Shown: piece after piece, positions 1 through 9,954 of the stretch
Layout of the letters: each line of letters starts with the position of its first letter
Numbering within the stretch: position 1 is the first letter of the stretch
From: Terriglobia bacterium
Lineage (GTDB): Bacteria > Acidobacteriota > Terriglobia > JAJPHL01 > JAPKYU01
Assembly: GCA_965206645.1 (NCBI GenBank)
Contig: CBDBKE010000004.1
Location: forward strand, 1,248,001-1,312,000
DNA length: 64,000 nt
Direction: 5' to 3'
Made by a program: the position numbers and the translations under genes
Notes under the pieces: model-generated
What the model saw: the letters and a program-made list of their open reading frames with translations, nothing else
The model's database searches: none
Told to the model about the DNA's origin: nothing

Positions 1-748
1 CGTACTTTACCTCCCGCTCCTCCAGAGCCTCGTAAATCTCCGGCTTGGCAAAGGCCGCGTCGGCACGAAACACCACTTCCTTGCCCAGCTGCTGCTGCCG
101 CTCGATCTCCGGCAGGAGAAGTTCTTTCCAGTCCTCGGCGCTGTGCACGTTGCCCGGTCGCAGCTTGGCCGCCAGACAGTCACCCTCGCGATTGAACAGC
201 AACAACGGGTGATAGCAGCTCGACTCGAAATGCCCGTTGTAGGCACTCTGCTCCTGCTGGCCGTAGACCGGAATCTCGGTCGAGTCCATGTCCAGCACCA
301 CCCGTTGCGGGGAATCCATAGCTTCCGCCCTGGCGATTAAATCCCGGTTGATCGCTGCCAAACCAGCCAGGTTCTCATCTTGCGTCAGTAGTTCTGTCTC
401 GAACGATTGCAGCCGGGAAGTCAACGCGGCTCCTCGCTCCCAGATCTTTTCTGAACCGATCAGCCGGAACGTCGGATCTTGAGAGAGCCGTTCCGCGTCA
501 TTCATATCTTCGTAACCCGCCAAGCGGCTGTACACGGACTGGCGCAGGAGGTCAGCAAAGGGCAACCGTGTGTTCTTTCTCCGAGGATCGGCCAAGTGCT
601 GTTTGATGAGTTCTCCGAATCCCAAATGTTCGTCTGATTCGCGCACGAGGATCAGGCCGCCGTCGGAAGTAACCCGCGACCCCTGGAAATCGACCTTCAA
701 TGCAGCATTGAAAGAGAACTGAAAGGGCTGATTTTGCCTCTCACCCAC
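1..748 (-). CDS. IS1380-family DDE transposase, N-terminal part (partial at window edge)
   Basis: Same sequence as the N-terminal half of ORF 29839..31167 (VTSDGG, LDMDST motifs). Confidence 0.9.
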   Translation of the reverse strand, partial: MGERQNQPFQFSFNAALKVDFQGSRVTSDGGLILVRESDEHLGFGELIKQHLADPRRKNTRLPFADLLRQSVYSRLAGYEDMNDAERLSQDPTFRLIGSEKIWERGAALTSRLQSFETELLTQDENLAGLAAINRDLIARAEAMDSPQRVVLDMDSTEIPVYGQQEQSAYNGHFESSCYHPLLLFNREGDCLAAKLRPGNVHSAEDWKELLLPEIERQQQLGKEVVFRADAAFAKPEIYEALEEREVKY

Positions 749-853
749 TCGGTTTCTACCTCCGGAAGCTGTATTGACGCTGGAACCGGCATAAATATTG
801 GCGTCGGAGGTCAGTATAAGGTTAGCTTTGGAGTTTTAAAACGGAAATCCGGG
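1..853 (-). mobile_element. IS1380-family insertion sequence, copy 1 (left-end part; runs off window start)
   Basis: Matches 30420..31272 at a constant offset of 30419; ends in terminal IR CCCGGATTTCCGTTTT (read on the minus strand) at 853. Confidence 0.93.
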
Positions 854-1689
854 GGAAGTGTTTCCCTGTCGTTGGCCTGGTTTTGGTTGCGGATGTGGAG
901 GATCAGCCGACCTTCGGCCGCTTCAACAGCGTGCAGTTCGTGATAGTGCTTGCGGCTATCTCCGGCTCGGGTAGGGATTTCTGCCAGCCAACGCCAGGTT
1001 TGCCCGTCGTTGGTGGACTCGCATACGCCGATCCGCCCCGTGCCGTATCCCATCTGCTTGCCGGCATAAAGCAGGCGGCCGTCGGAAAGCTGAATGGGTC
1101 CGTGAGGACTGTTAACCGGGCAGCGATATGGCGCCGACCAGCTGCCGCCGCCGTCAACTGAACGGATCATCCAACCACCCAATAGGGCTTCGCGCTGTGC
1201 CGCGTCCAGGCGCCGTAGCGCTGCCCGCCAGCGTTGGAGTTTTTCTCTGGGCCACGTACCCTTCTGAGAGGGTTCCATCTTCTCCGCTTGTCGCAAGATC
1301 GATTCGTACCCCAGGAAGGTGAAAGTCGTCACCAGGATCGTGCCCTTGGCGGTTTCCAGTACCCCGGCATCGCGATCGTCGATGGCGCTGTCCCACAGCA
1401 CGCATGGCCAACTCCAGGTACGCCCCCCGTCCTTGGACCGCATTAACTCCAACCGCCCGAACGGACACACGTGTGCCTCGCGCCCCCCGGAATAGACCAG
1501 CAGCAGCTCGCCGTTGCGGCGACGAGTTATCGTAGGCCAACCGTGGTACAGGTCCGGCTGCTGGCTGATGACGCTATTGGGATCGACCTGGACTCGCGGC
1601 GCCGCAACGCCGTGCCGCTTTAGCCCCAACACCAGCCCCGCTGCAACGCCCGCGCCCAATACCTGGCGCCGACTCATTGTTCCTGGCAT
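811..1689 (-). pseudogene. Tat-exported BNR/Asp-box (sialidase-like) protein, C-terminally truncated by IS1380
   Basis: SRRQVL twin-arginine signal; Asp boxes SKDGGRTW, SVDGGGSW, STNDGQTW; the last ~13 codons (PDFRFKTPKLTLY) are read from the IS end. Confidence 0.82.
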
Positions 1690-1826
1690 GGAGGCACCTC
1701 TGTGCAGTCGATATGCTTGCAAACCTCGGTAACCGACTTAAGGTTCTCTGTTGTTCCGACCCCAGCCCTGGAAATTGGCTTTCTGCGGGCCGACCTGTAG
1801 ATCTTATCTCCGGGAGCTTGGCGAAA

Positions 1827-1896
1827 TCAAAGCAGCCAACTCAAAGCAACCAGCTCAAAGCAACGGGCTCAAAGCAACCAATTCAAAGCAATCAGC
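1827..1896 (+). repeat. Five imperfect 14-bp tandem repeats (TCAAAGCAACCAGC consensus)
   Basis: Units start at 1827, 1841, 1855, 1869, 1883; intergenic. Confidence 0.9.
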
Positions 1897-1910
1897 AAGG
1901 ACGCCTGCGC

Positions 1911-3419
1911 TTATGTCTCAGATAGTCGAGGCCGGCCCCAAAGCGTGAGTTCAGCTCGTCCGAGGGGTCCACCGTGCGTAGTGCCAAGGAGCAGACTGGC
2001 GATGTAGCCGACCCCAGCGCAGCTCCCAAAACAGACTGGGAAGTAATGGATGAAGTGCAGGTCAATGCTTCGCTGCAGCCAAAGCGTCACGGGGACGGCG
2101 ACCACCAGGCCGATGAGCCAACCACGAAAGTTGACTCGCCTGGTGAGCATTCCCAATAGAAACAAGGCCAGGATCGGCCCGCCAAACAAACCCAGAAACT
2201 TAGACGAAGCCTCAAGAATCTGACCCGCGCATGTGACATAGAATGCCACGACGGTCGCAAAGCTTCCGAGGAGCAGGGTCAGAAGCCGAGCGAGTTTTAC
2301 ATCATGCTGCTCGCTACGCGCCCTGGTGCGTAGCGGTCGAACGAAGTCGTTGACGAGAACGGTCGCCACCGAATTGATCCCCGAATCCACGCTGGACATC
2401 GCGGCCGCAAAGATTGCCGTGATCAGCAGACCGGAAACGCCCTGCGGAAGCGCGTGCATGATGTAGTAAGGGAGGACCCCATCGCTGGTGATTCCTGCCG
2501 CCAGTTCAGAAGGAAACGTTTGGAAGTAGGCGAACAGCCCAAGGCCCATGTAGAGCAGCAAGCTCACCATGAACAGCTGGGCCATGGCATTGAAAATGGT
2601 GGCCTTGGCCATGCCGCGAAACGTCTTCACCGCCATCAGCCGTTGGACGGTAATCTGGTCGGTGCCGTAATCGTGCATAAGTTGAAAGAGATAGGAAACG
2701 CCCACAGCGATTCCAGTCATTTCCGTCAGGCTGAACCTCCAGTCGATGACGCGCAGATGATCTGTCGTTCGAGCGATCTCCCATATGGATCCTAGGCCAC
2801 CAGGGACAGAAGCCGTCAGGCTAAGGGCCACCCACAAGGCTCCCCCAACCAGGATCAGAAACTGCACCAGATCCGTCCATAACACAGCTGAAAGCCCGCC
2901 CAATGCAGTATAGGTAGTGGCGAGAATTCCCATCAGGAGAATCGCCAGCCAAAGCGGAATCCCGGTGACGATGGAAAGCGCCAGCGACGGCGCATAGATC
3001 ACTGTGCCAAGCCATCCTAGCCTAGCCAGTACGAAAAGCCCGGAGACCGTCAGCCGGGCCGGTTGCCCATAGCGCTGCAGGACGTACTCGTATGAGGTCG
3101 TTACGTTCAAGACACGATAGAAGGGATAGAAGACGAAGATCAAAATCGGAGCGACAATCAGACTGAGAGGCCCCACCATCAGGAGCGCGATATTTTCCTT
3201 GTACGCCGTCCCTGGAATTCCCATGTAGGAGATGGCGCTCGTGAGGGAGGCAAACATGCTCATGCCTACCACCAGCCATGGCATCCTGCGCCCTGCCAGG
3301 AAGTAATCTTCGCTCGTCTTCTGCTTCCTGGCGAACAAGGCTCCGACGCTGACCACCATGGCCAGATAGGTAAACAGGACCACGTAATTCAAAGTGCCGA
3401 ACCCAGTTGGAGAGTCCAC
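1911..3419 (-). CDS. Sodium:solute symporter (SSS family, SiaT/sugar-acid-like)
   Basis: ~13 hydrophobic segments; EDYFLAGR, GGLSAVLWTD, DQITVQR, AAMSSVDSG motifs. Confidence 0.92.
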   Translation of the reverse strand: MDSPTGFGTLNYVVLFTYLAMVVSVGALFARKQKTSEDYFLAGRRMPWLVVGMSMFASLTSAISYMGIPGTAYKENIALLMVGPLSLIVAPILIFVFYPFYRVLNVTTSYEYVLQRYGQPARLTVSGLFVLARLGWLGTVIYAPSLALSIVTGIPLWLAILLMGILATTYTALGGLSAVLWTDLVQFLILVGGALWVALSLTASVPGGLGSIWEIARTTDHLRVIDWRFSLTEMTGIAVGVSYLFQLMHDYGTDQITVQRLMAVKTFRGMAKATIFNAMAQLFMVSLLLYMGLGLFAYFQTFPSELAAGITSDGVLPYYIMHALPQGVSGLLITAIFAAAMSSVDSGINSVATVLVNDFVRPLRTRARSEQHDVKLARLLTLLLGSFATVVAFYVTCAGQILEASSKFLGLFGGPILALFLLGMLTRRVNFRGWLIGLVVAVPVTLWLQRSIDLHFIHYFPVCFGSCAGVGYIASLLLGTTHGGPLGRAELTLWGRPRLSET

Positions 3420-3540
3420 AGTTATCGGCCTTTCGCTGATGCTTTGCCGTTATAACAAATCGTGACGAAACCCTTCGCAAGTCGAAGCGTCTGTAGGTTT
3501 CTGCTTGACCCAAGCGGCGGGGTCCAGCTTGACGTTTGCC

Positions 3541-4299
3541 CTAGATTCCCTTCGCGGTCCAACCGCCATCGACGGGCAAGTCACAGCCGGTAATATATGC
3601 CGACGCCTCCGAGGCGAAAAAGATGCAGGGGCCGACCAACTCCTCAGGTTTACCCCAACGCTCCATCATTGATCGGCTCGAACGCGCGGCCCGTTTCACT
3701 GGATCGGCCCAGCTCGCGGCCGTCATGGCGGTCAGGGAGTAGCCCGGGAAGATGTTGTTGATGCGGATGTTGTGCTGCGCATAATCCCGGGCCATTGCCT
3801 TGGTGAGCTGTCGAAGCCCTCCCTTGGCGGCTTGGTAAGACGGATTATCGGGAAATCCGAGCAGCGCTGCCACACTGCAGAAATTGATGATCGAACCGCC
3901 CCCGGATTGTTTCATCGCAGCGATGACGTCGCGGCTCAGCAAGAAGACTGAGCGAAGATTCACGTTGAGTGTTCGGTCCCACGTTTCTTCAGCGTAGGGA
4001 TCTTCTCCGCCCAAAGCGATTGCCGCGTTATTTATGAGGACGTCGATTCGGCCGAATTTGCTCATCGTAGCGTCTCGGATTCGCTCAGCCGCACCCGGTC
4101 CTGCAACATCGCATTGGATAGCAAGCGCCCGTTCTGCGGGCTGCTCACGCACGCGCTCGACCATGTCGGCCGATCTCGCAACAAAGACGACACGTGATCC
4201 GTGATCCAGAAACGCTTCGGCAACCACGCGGCCGATGCCACGGCTGGCGCCCGTGACGATGACGACTTTGTCTTTGACGGAAAAAAGAGAGGCATTCAT
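3541..4299 (-). CDS. Short-chain dehydrogenase/reductase (sugar/keto-acid reductase-like)
   Basis: TGASRGIG, NNAA, YQAAK catalytic motif, VDGG; GGAGG RBS before ATG 4299. Confidence 0.92.
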   Translation of the reverse strand: MNASLFSVKDKVVIVTGASRGIGRVVAEAFLDHGSRVVFVARSADMVERVREQPAERALAIQCDVAGPGAAERIRDATMSKFGRIDVLINNAAIALGGEDPYAEETWDRTLNVNLRSVFLLSRDVIAAMKQSGGGSIINFCSVAALLGFPDNPSYQAAKGGLRQLTKAMARDYAQHNIRINNIFPGYSLTAMTAASWADPVKRAARSSRSMMERWGKPEELVGPCIFFASEASAYITGCDLPVDGGWTAKGI

Positions 4300-4313
4300 C
4301 GTTACCTCCACTG

Positions 4314-5669
4314 CTAGGTGCGGGCTTGCGGCAGCATCTCGTCGATGACACTGCCTACCACATCTACCGCTTCTACCAGAGCGTCCTGCTCGATGTTCAG
4401 GGGCGGCGTGAACTTGAGGAACCCTCTCCCGGTAACGAATAGCATGACTCCCCTCCGCACACCCTCCATTGCCATCTCATCGCACAGTTCGGCTAACGGT
4501 TCTGCTGTCTCAGGATCCTTCAGATGAAGGGAGTAAAACAGTCCACGGCCGTCCAGCCGACCAACGTACTGGCCGTATCTCTCCGTCTTCTTCCGAAGAA
4601 GGTCACCCAGTTGTTGCCCCAACGCAGCCGAACGTTCCACGAGCTTTTCATCCTGCATGACGTCGAGATTTGCCAGCACAGCCGCGGCGCTCACAGGATT
4701 TCCTCCGAAGGTGCTTGACATTTCACCCGGCTCCGCTAGATCCATGACGTCTTTTCGTCCAATAACCGCCGAAGCCGGAAGGGTGGAGCTCAAACCTTTG
4801 CCGCAGGCGATTAGATCCGGCGTAATGCCGTAGTGCTCAAAAGCAAACCAGCGGCCTGTCCGACCGATGCCGGCCTGCACTTCATCCACCGCGACGAGCG
4901 CCCTTTGTTTTTGCGCCCAGTGCATCAACTCATCCATGTACCCCGGAGGATACGGGGTCGTTGAGTAGCCAGGAATGGATTCCAAAATAATTCCCGCTGT
5001 GGTTTCCGAGTGGACGCCGCTCTGCTCCACGTCAGCTTCGAAGCCTTGGGATTCCGCACCCCCCGGAATGGGGAGTTGTATCTGATCAACGGACGCGCGA
5101 TCCAGGCCGTCTGTCGGTCCGGGAGAACCACCTGCGAACTTTGCAGAGAGCGTTCGGCCGTGATAGGAGCTTTCGATGGAAAGGATGCCAACCTTGTTAG
5201 GCGATATTGCCAAGCCATGTTTTCTCATCAGGCTGATGCAACATTCGGTCGCCTCGGTCCCCGAGGAAAACAGGATGGCTTTGTCCAGTCCGGGCGCTGC
5301 AATTGACGCGATGCGCTGCAGTGCGCGTTCTCGGACCTCCGTGGGAAATGCATAAGTGAAAATGAGCCCGGAGTCGAGCTGATCCCGGATCGCCTGCACC
5401 ACTCGCGGATGACAGTGGCCCGAGTTGGCCATCACGATGCCACTCGTCAGGTCGATCCACTGGTTACCGTAAGGGTCTCGGATGAGAAAGCCTTCGGCTT
5501 GGTGCCAAACGACCGGGGGCATACCGTGAATCGACCGCGCTTCCACCTTTCGCAGACGCTCAATCAACTCAATCGATTCTGGGACGGGGATCGGTGTACG
5601 AATACGGCGGTATCTGGTCTGGACCGGCTCGGTTGGAACCGGCGTCAAGCTGCTGACTTGGATCGGCAT
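4314..5669 (-). CDS. Class III PLP-dependent aminotransferase
   Basis: SGTEA, SYHG, VDEVQAGIGRTG, GKGLS (PLP Lys), STFGGNP. Confidence 0.92.
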   Translation of the reverse strand: MPIQVSSLTPVPTEPVQTRYRRIRTPIPVPESIELIERLRKVEARSIHGMPPVVWHQAEGFLIRDPYGNQWIDLTSGIVMANSGHCHPRVVQAIRDQLDSGLIFTYAFPTEVRERALQRIASIAAPGLDKAILFSSGTEATECCISLMRKHGLAISPNKVGILSIESSYHGRTLSAKFAGGSPGPTDGLDRASVDQIQLPIPGGAESQGFEADVEQSGVHSETTAGIILESIPGYSTTPYPPGYMDELMHWAQKQRALVAVDEVQAGIGRTGRWFAFEHYGITPDLIACGKGLSSTLPASAVIGRKDVMDLAEPGEMSSTFGGNPVSAAAVLANLDVMQDEKLVERSAALGQQLGDLLRKKTERYGQYVGRLDGRGLFYSLHLKDPETAEPLAELCDEMAMEGVRRGVMLFVTGRGFLKFTPPLNIEQDALVEAVDVVGSVIDEMLPQART

Positions 5670-5673
5670 AATT

Positions 5674-6924
5674 CTACGGATGCTCGAAAGTTAGACGCCT
5701 CTTCGCGGCCGCTCCTCGTCCGAGGTGGAATGAATTCCGAGCGGGTTTCAACCAATCGGCTCCGTCGGTCAGCCATTCTAAATTGAAGCGGGCCAGCACC
5801 ATCTTGGAGTATTGGTCGGCTTCGTACAAGCAAAGGATGGTCATGTCGTCAGCGATCGCCAGGTCAGAGTACGCCGCCGAACCCTGGTAAACGACTTTCG
5901 AGACAGGCCACGTCCGGCACTCGTCGCGGCTCATCCGCACGGTGAACTGTTTTCTATCCGTCTGGCTGGACGGATGAGCAAGCAGGACACGATTCTTCGA
6001 GAATCGCTTTTGGTCGGTGAAGCGAATCAAACTCCCCTGGCAAGACGGCTCAGGCAGGCTTTGATCAAATTGCACCTTCGACCAAGTGAGCCCACCGTCT
6101 TTACTCCAGGCGAAGGCCCGCATCTTCTTTTCCTGGCGGCTGCGCATGTTCATATAAACGGAACCGTCTGCAGTTTCTACGGCCATGGCCTCATCCGACA
6201 GGTCCATATCTAAGGAGTCGCCACGCTTCCAAGTGACCCCGTGGTCGTCGCTATACATCGCATAAGAAAACTGTTTTCCGCCCCAGTTCGGCCTGGGCCA
6301 GGTTGCCGGGCCCGGGCTCGTATCTCCCCAACTCGGAACCAGAAGTCTCCCGCTACTGAGCTGAATTCCGTGGCCCGGACCACTTCCGAAATAGCTCCAT
6401 CTGGGGTTGGCGACATCCCGGCTGATATCCATTGGCTCGGACCACGTGGCCCCGTCGTCTGCGGTTTTCGTGACAAAGACACGTTGGTTATTCCTGCAGA
6501 ACACAAGCACGACCTCGCCAGTATGCCGGTCTAGTACCGGCGCTGGCTGATTGACCGACTCCGAGCCATAGTCAAACAGCACCCTCAGGTCCTGCCACGT
6601 CTTTCCCCCATCGAAACTTCGTTTGAGCACGAGATCGATCTCTGCGTCATCGCGACAAATTGCTTTCCTAGCTTCCGCGAAGGCCAGAATTGTGCCCTCA
6701 GCTGTAACGACGAGAGCCGGTATTCGAAAACAGTGATAGCCGGCCTCCCCGGCGGAGAACACCGTCACCTGCTCAAAAATGGGAGGGTTCTTGCCTTCGA
6801 TTTCCTTACCTTCGTTATCCGATTGGCGGCAGCTCCCCAGGAGGCCCAGCAGCAACAGCGTAGAAACCAGAAAACTTATTCCAAAGAAGGGCGTCCAGAA
6901 AAGTGGCATAGTGTGCACATTCAT
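5674..6924 (-). CDS. Sialidase (GH33), probable lipoprotein
   Basis: FRIP motif; Asp boxes SFDGGKTW, SDDHGVTW, SKDGGLTW; AYSDL; LLGSC lipobox-like signal. Confidence 0.88.
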   Translation of the reverse strand: MNVHTMPLFWTPFFGISFLVSTLLLLGLLGSCRQSDNEGKEIEGKNPPIFEQVTVFSAGEAGYHCFRIPALVVTAEGTILAFAEARKAICRDDAEIDLVLKRSFDGGKTWQDLRVLFDYGSESVNQPAPVLDRHTGEVVLVFCRNNQRVFVTKTADDGATWSEPMDISRDVANPRWSYFGSGPGHGIQLSSGRLLVPSWGDTSPGPATWPRPNWGGKQFSYAMYSDDHGVTWKRGDSLDMDLSDEAMAVETADGSVYMNMRSRQEKKMRAFAWSKDGGLTWSKVQFDQSLPEPSCQGSLIRFTDQKRFSKNRVLLAHPSSQTDRKQFTVRMSRDECRTWPVSKVVYQGSAAYSDLAIADDMTILCLYEADQYSKMVLARFNLEWLTDGADWLKPARNSFHLGRGAAAKRRLTFEHP

Positions 6925-7901
6925 GAAGCTCGGCGCGCGCTTTCCTCCCGAGCAGGGGCGTCAAGGATGCCCGGAACGCCACTCTCGATCAGCATCTGAC
7001 GGGCTCGCTCCCGGAACTTGTCGCGAACGTCGCGCGTCGGTGGACGACAGCGGCTGGAGGGCAAGCCAACTAGTTCCATGCACAGTTTGTCCAGGTAGCC
7101 ATCGCCACCGGTGTACTGCATCATCTCCTTCCAAAGAATGTAGAACGGCATGGCGACACGGACGAGTTCCTTCTGCGCGTCGACGTACTCGTGGTTCTCC
7201 AGAAGTTTCCAGAGCCGCACCCCCCACTGAGGCCAGTAGTTGCAGATGTGAACCTCGATGCCCCGAGCGCCGAGGATGTGGCTGGTCACGAACCGAAGCT
7301 GGTTGTCGATGATACAGAGCCTATCCGCGAAACGAGAAATAACCTGTTCTGATTCCATGAAGTTCGCGGTGGGCACGGCCCATTTGAGGCCGACCAGGTT
7401 GGGCAGCTCGCAAAGCCGTTCAATCATCTTCAGCGAGACGTTCTGGCTTGTCCAGAAGGTGTTGTAGACCACGATTCCTATGTCTGCGGCTTCTGCTGCC
7501 GCCACTGCGTATTCGTAAAAATCTTCCTCCGTGTGCATGTGATAGTAGGGCGGCGAAACCTGCACATACTCGGCACCGAGCCGTTCGGCAGCGCGGACTA
7601 GTTCAACCAGCTCCCGAGTATTTGTTGTCTGCGCACCCATCACGACGGCAATCTTGCCGTCCGCTTCCTCGATAATCGCCTCGGCCACGCGCAAGCGCTC
7701 ATCGAAACTCATCACGGGAAAATCGCCCGCCGCCCCGACGGCTAGTATGACGCCGGTGCTTTCATTGATGCCGGCATCAATCAGAAACCGGACATGCTGC
7801 CGGGTGGCCTCCAGGTCCACTGCCAGATCTTCGTCGCGGAACATGGTTGGAACCGTCACGTAGCATCCGGAAAGGCGATTTCGGGCTCTCTCTCGATCCA
7901 T
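6921..7901 (-). CDS. DHDPS/N-acetylneuraminate-lyase family aldolase
   Basis: VPTMF, GAAGDF (GxxGE variant), SPPYY, VVYN, GLK Schiff-base Lys; stop overlaps the sialidase start (ATGA). Confidence 0.87.
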   Translation of the reverse strand: MDRERARNRLSGCYVTVPTMFRDEDLAVDLEATRQHVRFLIDAGINESTGVILAVGAAGDFPVMSFDERLRVAEAIIEEADGKIAVVMGAQTTNTRELVELVRAAERLGAEYVQVSPPYYHMHTEEDFYEYAVAAAEAADIGIVVYNTFWTSQNVSLKMIERLCELPNLVGLKWAVPTANFMESEQVISRFADRLCIIDNQLRFVTSHILGARGIEVHICNYWPQWGVRLWKLLENHEYVDAQKELVRVAMPFYILWKEMMQYTGGDGYLDKLCMELVGLPSSRCRPPTRDVRDKFRERARQMLIESGVPGILDAPAREESARRAS

Positions 7902-8058
7902 AAGAATTTTTCCTAGCACCAATGATTTGCCGCCGCCACACGCTAGGGACCGAGGGCAAGGGCGACAGTTGGGCAGTAAAGCCTGCCAGATCGCAGGGGC
8001 ATTCTATAGACAATCAATAGAGGGGACAAGGCAGAGGCAGATCCACACATGCCCCAAC

Positions 8059-9582
8059 TCACCAGAAGTAGATGTAGATCGCGACGGTCGTCAGGACGAG
8101 TATCCCGCCGACAACCTTGATTTGCGGGGTTGTCCTTAGATCAATATCTGCGCGGACAGGGAGCTTCTTGACTTCGGTGAGAGGTCTCCACCAGGTGTAG
8201 GCGAGCATCACCAAGCACGTGAGGACAAGCGCGATGGCCGATGCGTTAAGGAAAACCACATCGAATACCAGGAAGCTGACGGCGTATGCGAGGGGGGAAA
8301 ACAACATTCCCAGCACCGCCGCGCCCTGCGGTACCCGCTGGTAGAAAATGCCCAGAAGGAACACTGCGACGGTTCCCGGCCAGACGAAACTCCAGACCTG
8401 CTGCATGTAATCGTATATAGACTTGGAGTGGCGCAATTCCGGAGCAAGAATGCACGCGAAAATGACAAAGACGGCGGTTGCAATGCGACCGACCGTGATC
8501 AACTGACGGCCTCCAACGTGGCCTTTCACAAAGTGGCGATTGTAGATGTCGATGGTGAAGATTGTGGAAGCCGAGTTGAGCATGGAATCCAGAGAACTCA
8601 TCACTGCCCCCAGAAGCGCCGCAAAAATAATCCCTCTCAACCCGACGGGCAGCAGCTTCTTGATGAGAAAGGGAAACGCCAGATCACCTTGTTGGATTTC
8701 TGCGCCGTAGAGTTGAGCGGCCATGATTCCAGGAAAGACGACAAACAAGGGAATTAATAGTTTCAGAGATGCGGCGAAAAGCGCGCCTTTCTGCCCCTGT
8801 AAAAGACTCTTAGCGGCAAGGGTTCGCTGCGTGATGAACTGGTTGAATCCCCAGTATCCGAGCTGCGGTATCCACATTCCCAGAAGAAGGATGGTCCAAG
8901 GATACTCGGGGTGGTCGTAGGGGAGCGCGAGGTGAAGTTTGTCTTCGTTCTCTGCGAGAAATGATCCGAGGCCTCCGACCTTGGAAAGCCCGATGACCAT
9001 GACAATGGCACCGCCGAGGAGAAGGGTGATTCCCTGAATAAGGTCCGACCAAACGACGGCCTTCAGCCCTCCATAGACCGTATAGGCGCCCGCCAGGATT
9101 CCAATCATCCAGACGCCCAAGTAGAGGTCAACGCCAAAAATGCTTTGCAGGGCAAGCCCACCCGAGTAGAGGACGCCCGCCATGGCTGCCACGACGTACA
9201 TCACCATGAAGTAACCGGCCATAATCGAGCGCGCGGTAGGCCCGAAGCGGTATTCGAGATATTCGGGCATCGTGTAGATCCCGGCGCGCAGGAACTTCGG
9301 CAACAATACGAGAGCAATAAAAACGAGGACCGGGGCGGAGAGCCACTCGAAGCTGGCGATGGCCAGGCCCAAGCCATACCCTTTCCCCGCCATCCCCATG
9401 AAGTGCTCTGTGGAGATGTTCGACGCGATGAGCGAGAAACCGATGAGCCACCAGCTGAGGCCTCTTCCCGCGAGGAAGTAGTCTTCAGCGGAGTCTTCCT
9501 TTCGGGAAGCGTACAAGGAGATCGAAACGACGGCGCAGAGGAAGGCGACAAAAGTGAAGATATCAATTCCTGAAAGTTCCAT
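8059..9582 (-). CDS. Sodium:solute symporter (SSS family)
   Basis: DYFLAGR, ASNISTEH, YTMPEYL, GGLKAVVWSD, NQFITQR. Confidence 0.92.
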   Translation of the reverse strand: MELSGIDIFTFVAFLCAVVSISLYASRKEDSAEDYFLAGRGLSWWLIGFSLIASNISTEHFMGMAGKGYGLGLAIASFEWLSAPVLVFIALVLLPKFLRAGIYTMPEYLEYRFGPTARSIMAGYFMVMYVVAAMAGVLYSGGLALQSIFGVDLYLGVWMIGILAGAYTVYGGLKAVVWSDLIQGITLLLGGAIVMVIGLSKVGGLGSFLAENEDKLHLALPYDHPEYPWTILLLGMWIPQLGYWGFNQFITQRTLAAKSLLQGQKGALFAASLKLLIPLFVVFPGIMAAQLYGAEIQQGDLAFPFLIKKLLPVGLRGIIFAALLGAVMSSLDSMLNSASTIFTIDIYNRHFVKGHVGGRQLITVGRIATAVFVIFACILAPELRHSKSIYDYMQQVWSFVWPGTVAVFLLGIFYQRVPQGAAVLGMLFSPLAYAVSFLVFDVVFLNASAIALVLTCLVMLAYTWWRPLTEVKKLPVRADIDLRTTPQIKVVGGILVLTTVAIYIYFW

Positions 9583-9954
9583 AGGGTCCTGAAAATTCTA
9601 TAGGGACCGACGCTTGTACCAAACCACAACCTGGCTCGTCAAGAGCAGAGCGAAAAGCGAACGGTTGAGGATATCACCCTCGACGAAGTCCGCTTCCATT
9701 CATTCGAGGAGTCAGGGACCACCGTGGGGCAGATTGTAGACGCACACGTTGAAGCATCGGGGACGAGTCGAGTGGGCCTCCCCCCAGTACCGTTTTCCAA
9801 CCAGAGAAAAGGATGGCAGAGCAGTGGAACGAAGAAGGCGATGATCTGAGCTTGAGTCAACAGGGCCGCGTGGCGTACCCTTTCCCGCGCAGGGGAAGCT
9901 CAAATCGAGAATTCCGGTTAAACGCAATCCGGGTGAGAGAAGAGGATCAAAGTC

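Noticed and set aside
1827-1896. CRISPR array (also considered for the 11195 and 54836 repeats)
   Set aside because: The units are contiguous 14-21 bp with no spacer-length unique sequence, and there are no cas genes
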